Assembly (NCBI GenBank): GCA_951406725.2 | Contig: OX597830.1 | Location: 79,794,001 to 79,858,000, forward strand | Reading direction: 5' to 3' | DNA length: 64,000 bases | Origin: Octopus vulgaris | Lineage: Eukaryota | Part shown: in pieces, positions 50,550 to 64,000 of the stretch | Position numbering within the stretch: the stretch's first letter is position 1 | Layout of the letters: every line of letters starts with the position of its first letter | Notes under the pieces: generated by a model | The model's database searches: none | What the model saw: the letters and a program-made list of their open reading frames with translations, nothing else | What the model was told of the DNA's origin: nothing | Position numbers and translations under genes: made by a program

Positions 50550-52333
50550 CAACACTCTCTCACTTTCCACTGGTTCCCTCCTTCTAAACTCCCTTCTAAT
50601 TATCTCATACTTCATTCTCTCCCCCTCGAACCTTGAACAACTATCATGCACTATCTTCTTCCATCCATCGCGGTCTTGTGTCTCCCTCTCTCAATCACCA
50701 GCTGTAATTCCTGTCTGTATTAGAGCATTCTTAAGGCAATCCTTAAATCTTAGTTTAGGCTTATGTGTTGGTCTCCTGCCGTCTTCCAGCTCACCACACA
50801 ATAGCTTCTTGGGTAGTCGCTCATCACTCATCCTTACCAAATGTCTCCCGACTCCAACCTCAAAGTTTTTTACAAAATCTTTGAATCTGTACTTCTACTG
50901 CCACTCCTCTCAAGCAGCGCCACATTACTCATGGCCATTTTTCCAGTTTATCCTCAAACCTTTTCTCAGACAGTATTCATGGTATCATTCCAATGACTTA
51001 CAAGCCTACATTAAACAACCCATGCCTCACCTCACTCCCCTATAACAAAGATGGGAGGTCGCACCTGTTATATACCTTAACTTTAATTTATATTATGTTG
51101 TTTCCACAGACGACTATCTAGTCTACCAAAAGCACTACTAGCCCTGCTGATTCTGTATGAAATGTTATCATGAAGACCAGCAGCGCTCAAGGTACTTCCT
51201 AAATAAATAAGTCTAGGTGCAGCCTCCAACCTTTGACTATTCACAGTTATAAAAGGTTCCACATACATTTTGTGGGAGTGGGCTGGTACTTCATAACAGT
51301 TTTTTTTTAGATTGATCGTTAGACCAAATGCTGCACATGCTGCAGAAATCGCATTCACAATATGCTGCATACCTTTCTGGGAATGTTCCAACAGGTCACA
51401 ATCATCTTTCCTTTTGGCACAGAGTCTTTTGAGATTGAACAGCTTTCCTCTTGTCCTATATCTTATATAGATGATAAGCTTGCCTTCTATCTATCACTTA
51501 ACAGTGATTATACGCAGCGTTACTCATGATGACAAAGTTGTCATTTTAGGTGATTTTAATGCACGCGTTGGTGCAGATTTGTAGACCTGGGGTGTCTTAG
51601 GAAAGCATAGCGTTGGGAGTTCCAACAATAATTGTTTATTACTGTTATATATGTGCGTAGAGATGGATTTGTGTATCATGAATACAATGTTTCAACGAAA
51701 GAGTAAGTGTAAAACAACATGGATGCACCCTGGTTCTAAGAAATGGTACCTTGTAGATTACATCCTCTCCAGGAAACGAGATACTAGGGGCTTTGCTATA
51801 CTACGATTGATGTGTGGTGCAGAGTGCTTGATTGATCATAAGCTTTTGCGTGCCAAGGTGAATTTTGCTCTCAAGCCTAAGGTTAGAGCAAATAATGACA
51901 TGTTACCTAATCGGATTGATGTCAATAAACTTAAGACTCCATCAGTACGCAATAAGTTTGTGATGGGAGTTGTGATGGAATTTGTCCTGTGGTGGAAGCT
52001 GGAAGTCATTCAAAGAAAGAGTGTACAAGATTTGTAGTAACATTCTTGGGTTTGTTGCAAAAAAGACACCGAGATTGGTTTGACTATAATGATGAAGAAG
52101 TTAGTTTTATCTTAGAGGAGAAGCAAAAGGCATTTAACATGTTGCAAAATATTGACCTGTCAGCAATCAGGACAGTGGCTACACACTTCAAGGCAGTAAA
52201 AGCAACAGTGCAGACGAAGCTGAGGATGATGCAGGAAAATTGGTGGAGTGATATATGCAAGGAAATCCAAGAAGTTTCAAATGCTAACAATTCCAAACTT
52301 TTTTACTCTCTCTCTCACTCTCTCTCTCCTTTC

Positions 52334-52364
<31 letters not shown>

Positions 52365-55300
52365 CGAAAAAAGTTTCTGAACCAGTGTCATCAAAGGTTG
52401 CGCCGCTTCGGAGCGAGGATGGTACAGAATTATTAACAAATCCTAAAGATATTGTTGGGAGATGGAAAGAACATTTTGACGATTTGCTCAATAGACCTAC
52501 TAAAGTTGACCTCTCTTTCTTGATAATATATCTGGGAGATCAATAAAACATCTTATAGCAGAAGTTCCAAACCTGGTTGAAATAAAAGCAGCTATCAGGA
52601 AATTGAACTATAGAAATGCTCATGGCATGGATGGACTAGGTACAGAGATATATAAATATGGTGGTGATCATCACTGTACAATGTTGACGGATGTGATTCA
52701 GACGGTTTGGCATAGTGAAGAGGTTCCTCCGGATTGGCGTGAAGCAACTATGGAAACGATGTCTGTGATAATTATCGCGGTATCTGTTAGCTGTTGCTGG
52801 AAAGGTCCTTTGTAGAGTAATGCTCGACAGATTGTTTCTGCACATTGCTGATGAGGTTCTACCAGAATCGCAATGTGAGTTTAGGGATAGAAGGAGTACT
52901 ATGGATATGATATTTTTAGCAAGAGAAGTACATCGAACAGGGTATGGACGTATACCAGACTTTCAATGATCTAACAAAAGCGTTTGATTCTATCAATGGA
53001 ATTGTACTTTGGGAGATCCTGAAAAGCTATGATGCCCTGAAAAATTTGTAAGAATGCTTAGACAATTTCATGACAAGACAGAAGTGAGAGCTAATGTTGG
53101 AGGTACCTTATCAGATCCAATTTCTCTATAAAATGGTGTAAAACAAGGTAATATTCCTGCTCCTGCATTGTTTGCTATGTATTTTGCAATAGTCTTTCAA
53201 ATAGCTTTTGAAGATTGCACTGAAGGGATCTATATAAGATATAGTTGAAGCATATGCAGTAATGAGTGTTGCATAGCGACCTTTTCTTAATGGAGGTGTT
53301 GAAGACATCAAACGATCTGAATTATCACATGGTAGTTCCTCAAGGTTTGAAACCAAAGTGGTTTTGATAGTAAATCCCACTCTTGATTCTGTCTTATAGG
53401 TCTCCTCTCTACTGCTCCAAAATAAATGATACACAGCAGATTTCTCTACCAAATCCCACTTTCCATGAATTTTTGTTTCGGCTAACTCTACAACATTCAT
53501 GTCGCTGTAACTCTTTTTCAACAAGCGCGGATCTCCTCTCCGGACGAGATTTCAGACAATCATTGTCTAACATTCGAACATTCCAACATCCTATATTCAA
53601 AGGCTTGCATCTTAACCTGAATTTACTCACAGTTGCAAGATGACGACCAGATCCAGGTTGTCGTGCCCTGGGACACCTGCCGGGCCAAACCACAAAACAA
53701 AATGTTCCAGAGCCCTTTTTGTCATTTGCTTCAGTATCAATATGAACTTTCATTGTTTAGTTGTGCCTTTTTAAGTTTTGGTGGTCAACCATGTACATAC
53801 AAGATGTTCATTTCCTTTTCCTCTCCAGCAATACCTGTGCCTGACACATTTTAAAACGAGGAAGAGTGTTGCACAGCAACTATTCCCACTCTCTAAACTA
53901 CAATGCATGATCCAACAAGAATAATAAGTCGACATCATTGGGTGCATTTGCAGTCGCATATTTTATATCCGAGTGTTCTTCTCCGAGTCTTTGCTCAGCC
54001 AAAGGCTAACTACAAGACAGCAGTGAAGTATTTAGATTCAGAGTTACTTTCTCCGAGATAGACTACCTTCGCCACGACTTGCGTAAGCAGAGGAATCCTA
54101 TCCAACCCTCATCTATTTATTTATAAAAGACTAAGATAAGAAAAATAAAATTAAGAATAAAATTGACATACAATATATACAATGTAAAACACAATATACA
54201 ATATGCACACAAACAGCTTGAAATACAATATATACAGTACATACAGATAGGCACACAGGTTTTAAATGCAATATTTACAATACATACACACAAACTTAAA
54301 CACTCCACACGCACATCCACAAACATACGTTGTTGAATGGCCGTTGACTACGCTGTAGTTCCTCCGCCCTTTGACATGTCTTATTTTCTGTCCCGCAGGG
54401 CATCCACCGAATACCCACCTCACCAAGCAAGCCATTGTGGGGTTACCGGTTTAGTCGCCGACAACCCGACCATATAACAGGTTGTACTACCGAAAGGTGT
54501 TTGATAGCATTCTCCACACATGGATCCTAGAAACACTAGCCATGAACGAGGTGGCACTAATAATCATAAAATGTATAACACATTCCATAAATAAATGGCA
54601 GACCTTGCTACAGCTCCAAACAAAAGAGGGATTCATAAAAACCAAAGCCATCCCCATTAGAAGAGGAATATTCCAGGGAGACACGCTCTCTCCACTCCTT
54701 ATATGTTTCACACTGACACCTTTATCTGACAGAACTGAAAGCGGATACGACTGTTACGGCAAAGCAATCAGCCGCCTCTTATGTATGGATGACCTAAAAC
54801 TGTAGACTACAAATGATAAACACCTGGAATTATTACTACAGACAGTACATGGATTTACCAAACAAATAAATATGAAATTTGGCTTAGAAAAATGTGCCAA
54901 AGCAACCTTGAAAAGATGGGATCTACTTAAGAGTAGCAGCATCACACTAGATAAAGCTAGAGTTCAAATCCAGATGCAGTATTCCATTGCGAATTACAGA
55001 AGAATTTATGTGCCATATGAAAATAAGTGATTCCAGAGGTAATTGACGAGGTTACAATGGGCCAGAGGCATGTCTATGATTGTGTTGATCGCAGTCCTAG
55101 AGAAGTTTGACAACAACCAGATAAGCTGTTTGGCGGTCTGACTGTTTTGTTTTCTGGAGAATGGAAGCAGATCTTGCGCTTGGTGCAAAGAGGTTACAGA
55201 GTCCAGATTGTTCATGCCATATTAAAACAGTCATACATTTGGAACCATGTCCAAAGCTTTCAGTTGTCTGTCAATATGAGAGTCCGAAATTCTTGCGGTG

Positions 55301-58300
55301 TTGACACTACTTTCGCACCCTATCTTGACCAGCTGGGGAATAGAACATTTTCTCTCAATAAAGAAATTTGTGAATACAAAAAATCTATAGCCCCACCGCA
55401 TTTGATTGACTCTACAAGGCTACAGGATCTTTGTGAAGTGGTCTTCAGGGCTATTGAGAATAAATATAGAGAGGGTCTATGGATAAGCAGCAGAGCCATC
55501 ATTATTCCTACAAACAAGGCTGCTGAAAAAGTAATAAAGTTGTCATGTCAAAACTTCTACAAGGATATAGTAGAACTTATCAAAGCTGTGATACTTTATA
55601 CGAAAACGAGACTGAGTTCCCGCCGGAACTGATCAATGATCTCAACTCATCAGGATTTCCACCATACATTTTGGTTTTGAAGAAGCACTCTTCAATTATG
55701 CTGCTCAGAAACCTTGATCCAGCAGGAGGTCACTGTAACGGAACAAGATATATGGTCGTGAATTTGCACAACCACCTTATTGAAGCAGATGTGGCCGATG
55801 GGACACATGCTGGAATCCGAATAATGATACCACGAATTCCACTGACCACCACTGAAGACTATCCGTTCTCATTTTCCAGGAAGCAGTTTCCTCTGAAACT
55901 GGCTTTGAAAGGACAAATCCCAAGGTCAGACTTAAGAAACAGTTGGAATTTACCCGCCAACACCTATGTTCATCCATGGCCAGTGCTATGTTGCCAACAG
56001 CACGATCGGTTCTGGGAACAATGAGCATATATTGGCTTTGGACTCAAAGTATAAGGGTATGAATGGAATATACACTGACAAAGTTGTCTTTTAGGAAATT
56101 CTATAAGAAAATTATAGTAGGTTTCACATTTTACTTTCAAACTACAAACAGGAGTGTAGATATGTAAGTAACTAAATCGACCGACTGGAGGGCGGTGGTT
56201 CAGCTAGTTTCTATAATTTTGAGATTTTATCACTTTTCATTCTGAACTCGACAAAGACAAGCTATCTGTCGAAATATCGTTCAACCAATAAAATATCGAC
56301 TGCAGTCGCATCGCGCTCTTCCTCTTGACTAGGAAGAAGAAGAAGAAGAAGAAGAAGAAGAAGAAGAAGAAGAAGAAGAAGAAGAAGAAGAAGAAGAAGA
56401 AGAAGAAGAAGAAGAAGAAGAAGAAGAAGAAGAAGAAGAAGAAGAAGAAGAAGAAGAAGAAGAAGAAGAAGAAGAAGAAGAAGAAGAAGAAGAAGAAGAA
56501 GAAGATGTCAGCTCCGCGCTGAATAACAATATGGGCGTGTTACACCGGACTCTCCATACAAATACAAATCTAATCTAATAACACCAGTGTAATAGGAAAA
56601 AGGAACCCGCGGAAGACTTGCAGGAAACGGCATTATAGCGAAAATAATCACAAAAAGCGAAATTTTACTGCCATAGGAAAACAGTTTCTCCCATGTACGA
56701 TGTCTGAGTGAAAGATGTGCGAAAGACACGTGCGAAATCAACGTCGAAAACTTTACAAATTATAAAATATAAGTGGAAGAAAACAGTAAATTCATAAATT
56801 GATTTAATTATGCATACACTCGAATGTCTATGCATTCGTATATTAATACCCATAGGACTACACATACACCCAATGTTTACACAACTACGTGAAATTTACA
56901 GGACACACATACAAGTATATGACAGCACGTGTCGCAAACGAAACAAAACTATAAGAATACAATTTTCTTCGAACTAACACAGAGTGAATAATTCATAGGT
57001 TTTAAATAACTGCAACGAGACTATACCCGGAGATAAATCTGTCAACAACAACGAAAACATACAGACGAATACAGATCTGTTTGCCTTTAAAAGCGATGTT
57101 ACGAGCAATGCTTTCATTCAGAGAACATGTTGTCTGAAAATGTTAACGCAAAACAAACAGATCCTACCTTAATATTAACGTCCAAACGCATCATGCCTCA
57201 AAGATAACAAAGCAATATACACACCGGATCGTTCGTCACCAGAGCCAACATGGGCAGCGCACGCCAGTGAGGGACCAGACTGGGTGTGAAAAATCAGATA
57301 CTGGTTCAAATCTTTCCATGACGCAGGAGCTCGAAGTGCCCCACAACCGGAATATTCCATCAAATGGCTATCCAAGCTCGTCATCAAATAACCAAAAGAA
57401 AAAGAATGAAAAATGGTCGTTGGTAGATAAATCTAATACTGAACAAACCTACCTAAACTGAAGAGAGGAGCATCTTGAAGTAAGATCTTATATAGTAACA
57501 ACCTTGCCAACGTCAGAAGAAACGAAGATGCAGGTAAAGAAGATACTACTGTGGAAATAATTACAGACTGACCCAGGTCTGATGAAACTGCGGTTATGAT
57601 AACAAGAGTCAATGTAACTTATAAGCAAAGTGAAATACTCTCTGAACCAAGCATAAACACCAAGGCAGATGAAAATCAAATAGATGAAGAAAGTAAAACA
57701 GAAATTGACCCAACTGAACTGGAGGATCTAAGCAATGAAATCCTGATAGAATGGCTGAAAATTAAAGAAACTGGTATGAATGAGCGAGACACTCTCCCGC
57801 AAATTCACAACTCTAACCAAAACCTGAAAGTAATTGGTAAAATCCGTCTTGCACTTAAAGATATATTCTCAGCTGAAGATGTTGACATTACACGGGCATT
57901 GAAGTCCCCGAGTATCAGCAGCTTGCTATTCTTTAGGAACTGACCGTAGCACTTTGGTGAGGTTCTGATAGAACAATTCTCTCTGCTCCAGAGTGTAGGT
58001 CGCAGTTGGAGCTTAAGCACTGATGAGTGTCAGTGCATCTTGCCTTGGAGAGGAGTTCTCATCACCATCAGGCGATCGCTGATTCCTCTTGAGAGGGATT
58101 CCATGTTCTTGACGAGGGCGGTGCGAATAGAAAAGCCAACTCTTACTTCCCTGCGTTCATCCGCTGCCTTCCTTGACCAAAAGAAAGTGTATCTAGCCCC
58201 AGCCTCGGTGATCTCCCCCGTGACGGCGAAGCGTGTCTCGCTGAGGGCAGCAACATCAATGCTGTATCTCTGCAGTTCACAACCCACAAGTGCTGTTCGA

Positions 58301-61300
58301 CGTTCTGGTCTGTCACAGTTTTGGTTGTCCATGTGTGTCCTGATGCTCCAGGTTCCAACACATAAAGTACTTTTCGGGCGGGAAGATTTTGGATTCATCT
58401 TTCGTATTTCTTTCATGTTTCGACCGAGTGGTATATGACCAGTTAGCGGCGGTATGCTGGCAGGATGAGATGAGGCAAGCTTTCTTTAGGTCACCTTTTC
58501 TAGACCCTTCCCCCTAAGGGGGCAAGCAGTGATATCCCTGAAGAGGGCTGCTCCGTCGTCAGAGTGGCTGCCGAACTATGCCCTTGCCCCAGTAGGTTGC
58601 AGAACGACAACCCGAGTGTAGGTACATGGCTAGCAGCTCCCAGCGCTATCCTGCACCTGCCACAACCACCACGCGCCCATCGCCTCAGGACTTGGAAGAA
58701 GAAGAAGTAGAGGGGGTGGAGTCACTGAATCCTGGGCAAGGGAACTGTGGAGGCCTTGAGTTGCGCAAGCCCACCCCACCCCCTCTCGGTCCAGCTGATC
58801 TAGCCAGGAGGGACACAGGACGATACATCCTAGCCACGACTGGACTGCAGGCGCTGCTGGAGATGATGGACTTCATTACCTAACCGCCTTAGGGGCGCCA
58901 CTTCGGCTTTGGATACGGTTTACTCCCTAGCCTTTGATTAACCAACAAAACCTACCCGCAAGGCAGCAGGAGACTCTTGGAGAGCGGGAACGTCTCACTA
59001 CCCGTACAGGACCAGAAGGATCTGCCCACTGCCTAAACGATATATACAATTTAAAAAAGAAAGAACTCAGTATATACAATACATACACACAGGGAGTCCA
59101 AAATTCAACACACAAACACCCCACAAACACACATAGTTGAATGGCCGTTGACTACGTTGTAGTTCCTCCACTCTTTTACAGGTCTTACTTTTTTGTCCCG
59201 TAGGGTGTTCAACAAGCACCGACCTTACCAAGCAAGCCTGGTGGAGTTGGCAGTTTAGTCGCCGACGACCCGACCATGGAACGTGTGGTACTGGGCTACA
59301 TGGTACCTGTAGCACTCGAGAGCCATGCTCTTCCGCGCCCTATCAAAGTCTGATGCTGGTGTCACTATTCGCTACAGATGTGACGGCCGATTCTTTGACC
59401 TCAGACGTCTGAAGGCAAAAACCAAAGTCCTGGGCGCCGTAGTGAGAGACTTCCTGTTTGCAGACGATTGTGCGCTTGCAGCATTGAATGAACCAGATCT
59501 GCTGCAAGAACTTGACACTTGTCTCGCAGAAGCAGCAAAAGCCTTCGGACTGACCTTTAGCCTGCGAAACACTGAAATGATGCTTCAGCCTGCACCTGGC
59601 ATGACACCTCCTGAGTCTCAGATTAGATTGAGGGCACAACCCTGAACAACGTGGAGAGATTTACATACCTGGGAAGCTGTCTGTCCTCAAGCTGCAGCAT
59701 GGACAAACATGTCTCCATGAGGCTTGCAAAAGCAGGAGCTTCGTTTGGCAGACTTTGGACATGTGTGTGGGCCGAACGAAGCGTTAGACTTTCCACCAAG
59801 CTGGCAGTCTATACGGCAGTCGTCATCACCTCTCTGCTCTACGACTGTGGGACATGGATGCTGTATAGGAGGCAAATGCGAGTACTTGACTAGTTCCATC
59901 TCTGCTGCTTGCGACGAATCATGTGAATTTCCTGGGAGGACAGAGTCTCCAACACTGAGGTGCTTTGCAGAGCCTAAATGCCCGGTATCGAAGCCCTCAT
60001 CATGAAGGCCCAACTCTGGTGGGTCGGAAATGTAGTCCGAATGGACGACGCGCATCTACCAAAGATGATCTTCTTCTCTGAGCTGGCTTCTGGAGTAAGA
60101 AACCCTGGAAGGCCACTGGGGCGATACAAGGACAGTCTGAAAACTTCCCTTGAGGCCTGCGGCATTTCAGCTCGTGGCTAAGAATCGCTTGCCTCTGACC
60201 GCAGCACCTGGCGTCCAGCTGTTCAAAAGGGTGTTAGGCTGTTCGAGGAAAAGCGCCTCAAGAGCCTGGACCAGAAGCGACAAGCCCGAAAAGAGAGGAT
60301 CTCCAATCCTACTTCTGCTGTTACGTGCCCAACATGTGGCCACGTCTGCGCGTCCGCCTTTGGGTTCCGCTCTCACCTCTGGTGTCACTGATGTCACTGT
60401 CAAACCCCAACAGACTTCCATCATATCATGAGGGGCTGTATGAATGTATGTTGGTCTGTGTGCATATTGTGTATGGGTGGGGGGTGCTATGTGTGCATAT
60501 TATATGAGATTATATGCTCTGTTTGTTGGTGTGTATGTATTTTAGGTGTGTATGTTTGTTATGTGTATTGGTATGCGTGTACAGTTTGTGTGTGTGTATG
60601 CTATGTGAGTGTGTATGCTCTGTTTGTTGGTTAATATGTATATTTTGTGGAGGTGTTTATGGTATGTGTGTTGCTGTGTTTCTATATTGTTTGCGTGTGT
60701 GTGTGTATTATGTGGGAGTGTGTGCTATGTGAGTTGGTCTGTGTGTATATTATTTGGGGTGGGGTGCTATGTGAGTTGGTGTGTGTATATATTTTGAAGG
60801 GGTGTATGCTATGTGTGTTGGTGCGTGTGTACATTTTGTGGGAAGTATGTGTTTGTGGGGGGAATTACAACCGTGTTTCGTTGTCTGCTACCACAACAGC
60901 TCCTTTATAGGATCCAGTTAGCTCAAGACATCATCAGGAGGAACCACGTCCGGTTTCGGCCCCTACTCTCTACTGCTTTGACGTGGAGGGGCCCGGCCCC
61001 TTTCGGATGTGTCTCCTTTCTTTTGTTTCCTGGCCTCTTCGATGTATCGTCAGCGAGTGCCAGCCGGTCACTGACTAACTTGTCAAATTTTCCCCTTTAA
61101 ATACCTGCCGCCAGTCTCCAGCTTGCAGCCCCAGCAAGTTGTCGCGTGATACTGTCTCACCTTAACTGACTAGTGAAGGAGCGTAGTTTTAGCCCTCGCA
61201 TTCTCTAAACGACCGTCACCTGTCATTCAGCGAAGCTGATTCAGTGTCAGCTTGTCTCGCCTAGTGATGTTATTTCCTGCCGGCATGTTATGACTTTCAA

Positions 61301-64000
61301 GCCATTTTCGGTCTTCCCGCTTCAGCCATAGATAGAAGCTGGCTTTTTCCACCGCCTACTGTACTCTTCTTATTAGTTTTCTATTACACTGACTCCAGTA
61401 CTCAACTGGTACTTATTTTAGCGACTCCGAAGGGATGAAAAGCAAAGTCGACCCCGGTGGAATTTGAACTCGGAACATAAAGACAGACGAAATACTGTTA
61501 ATCATTTTGTCTGGCGTATATTTAAAAGCGGGCGAGCTAACAAAATCGTTAGCACGCCGGACGAAATGCTTAGCGACATTTCGTTCGTTTTTACGTTCTG
61601 AGTTCAAATTTCGCCAAGGTCGACTTTGCCTTTTATTCCTTTCAGGGTCGATAAAATAAGTACCAGTCACGTACTGAGGTCGATATATTCGACTTATTCA
61701 CTCATCATAAATTATTGGCCTTGTGCTAAAATTTGAAACGAATATTAAGAATATATTATTATTATTATTAAGCGTGTTATTTTTCCTCATAATTCTTAAT
61801 TTCTCTTTTTTTTTTTTTTTCTTAATTTTCCCGACTTGATTAGTGTAAAGAAATTTAATTTTGTCTCCACTAACCAAACACATCTAAAGAAAGTTGAAGA
61901 ATTGTTAGAACGAAGCCAAAAATTAATATTGCGAATCTCTTAAGAGCAGGAACAGGTTGACAAGAATTGTTTCCCTTTAATTGCTTTTCCTACAAAATTA
62001 TGCAAAAAATAATTTTTAAATATAGTAAGGCCTCCATATACGAGTTAATTTGTACTCGGAAACCGCTCCTAAAACAAAAACTCGTAAAGCAGAGCAATAA
62101 TTTTCCATAGTAGCAATGTTATAAACCGTAATTCGTTCCCAGAAAAATATTTTCTCTATAAAATATATAATACTCGTCAATAAATGGCAATAAGCACCAA
62201 GTTTTGTCAGTGAACAAACAGGTCGTGGTTTTCAAGACGAAGAAAATATTTTGACACAAATGAAAATTAAATTAACGGTTTTTGTGTGTTCTTGGATGGC
62301 TTACAAATATCTTCCATGCTGCAATTGTTTTTTTTGTTTTAGCACACGATCTCAGATCAAGTCACTTGCTATGCAAATACATCTCCGTAAATGTAAAGAA
62401 TATTTTATGTAAAGTGAAAAGAATGTCAAGATCATTTCTAATAAAAAAAATATTATTATAATCGTTTTCTGAATCACTTTTACTCGCACTTGACTCGCGC
62501 ACACCATCACTTGTAGACTCTCAGATATCAGCGGAGTCGACAACGAAGAAACGAGCCAGAGACTCGCTTTAATGAATCATTCATAATTTTACGAAGGACC
62601 GTGGAATATGTTCGCAAAACTATTCGCCAGCAAGAATATATATATTGGCTTCAAATTTTGGCACAAGGCCAGTTACATCGACTACAGTGTTCAACTCGTG
62701 TTTATTTTATCGACCCCGAAAGGATGAAAGGCAAAGCCGACCACGACGGTCTTTGAACTCAGAACGCAAAGTCTGAAGAAACGTCGCTAAGCATTTTCCC
62801 CGGCGCCATAACGATTTTACCTACTTGCCGCCTTTAAATATATAAATTTTGGTTTCAGATTTTTCGCACAAGGCCAGCATTTCGATGGAGTAGTTAAGTC
62901 TATTACACTGACTCCAGTACTCAACTGGTACTTATTTTAGCGACCCCGAAGGGATGAAAAGCAAAGTCATCCTCGGTGGAATTTGAACTCGGAACATAAA
63001 GACAGACGAAATACTGTTAATCATTTTGTCTGGCGTATATTTAAATGCGGGCGAGCTAACAAAATCGTTTGCACGCCGGACGAAATACTTAGCGGCATTT
63101 CGTTCGTTTTTACGTTCTGAGTTCAAATTTCGCCAAGGTCGACTTTGCCTTTTATTCCTTTCAGGGTCGATAAAATAGGTACCAGTCATGTACTGAGGTC
63201 GATGTATTCGACTTATTCACTCATCATAAATAATTGGCCTTGTGCTAAATTTTGAAACGAATATTAGGAATATATTATTATTATTATCAAGCGTGTTATT
63301 TTCCCTCATAATTCTTAATTTCTCTTTTTTTTTTTTTTTTTCTAAATTTTCCCGACTTGATTGGTGTAAAGAAATTTAATTTTGTCTCCACTAACCAAAC
63401 ACATCTAAAGAAAGTTGAAGAATTGTTAGAACGAAGCCAAAAATTAATATTGCGAATCTCTTATGAGCAGGAACAGGTTGACAAGAGTTGTTTCCCTTTA
63501 ATTGCTTTTCCTACAAAATTAAGCACAGAATAATTTTTAAATATAGTAAGGCCTCGATATACGAGTTAATTTGTACTTGGAAACCGCTCCTAAAACAAAA
63601 GCTCGTAAAGCAGAGCAATAATTTTCCATAGTAGCAATGTTATAAACCGTAATTCGTTCCCAGAAAAATATTTTCTCTATAAAATATATAATACTCGTCA
63701 ATAAATGGCAATAAGCCCCAAGTTTCGTCAGTGAACAAACAGGTCGTGGTTTTCAAGACGAAGAAAATATTTTGACACTAATGAAAATTAAATTAACGGT
63801 TTTTGTGTGTTCTTGGATGGCTTACAAATATCTTCCAAGCTGCAATTGTTTTTTTTGTTTTAGCACACGATCTCAGATCAAGTCACTTGCTATGCAAATA
63901 CATCTCCGTAAATGTAAAGAATATTTTATGTAAAGTGAAAAGAATGTCAAGATCATTTGTAATAAAAGAAATATTATTATAATCGTTTTCTGAATCACTT
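46705..64000 (-). repeat. Palindrome 2, right arm (runs off the window end)
   Basis: Reverse complement of the left arm from the apex ...agatggt|gtgtgcctat|accatct... outward, with scattered substitutions and microsatellite length changes. Confidence 0.96.
61381..64000 (+). repeat. ~1.52-kb tandem repeat array, mirror copy in palindrome 2
   Basis: Marker ORF at 61413 and 62932; same orientation as 1-2683. Confidence 0.95.

Overview
Eukaryotic, repeat-dense DNA, most likely from an octopus (cephalopod): tRNA-derived SINE families, long (TA)/(CA)/(CAT) microsatellites, and RTE, R4, CR1, Penelope, Helitron and mariner relics. The only host gene is a malate dehydrogenase 1B-like gene (MDH1B) on the minus strand. 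Five coding exons were traced by splice sites and phase (24887-24999, 20090-21188, 18921-19051, 16748-16921, 13993-14216), with an apparent 1-nt frameshift in the 16.7-16.9 kb exon. The window is organised as two adjoining giant inverted duplications. Palindrome 1 is older: arms 1-12463 and 19479-~29000 around a 7-kb spacer, creating an inverted, truncated MDH1B copy whose big exon is almost identical to the gene's. Palindrome 2 is younger: arms ~29440-46694 and 46705-64000+, roughly 1% diverged, with a 10-nt spacer and a fold-back-priming signature at the apex. A ~1.5-kb SINE-containing tandem array abutting the MDH1B 5' region links the two. Smaller signals include a type I hammerhead ribozyme motif (4678-4728), an internal inversion of an RTE bounded by a perfect 17-bp inverted repeat, a tail-to-tail SINE pair inside one direct repeat, and a 560-bp AT-rich hairpin in an intron. 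All comparisons were done by eye; element boundaries are approximate unless exact sequence is quoted.
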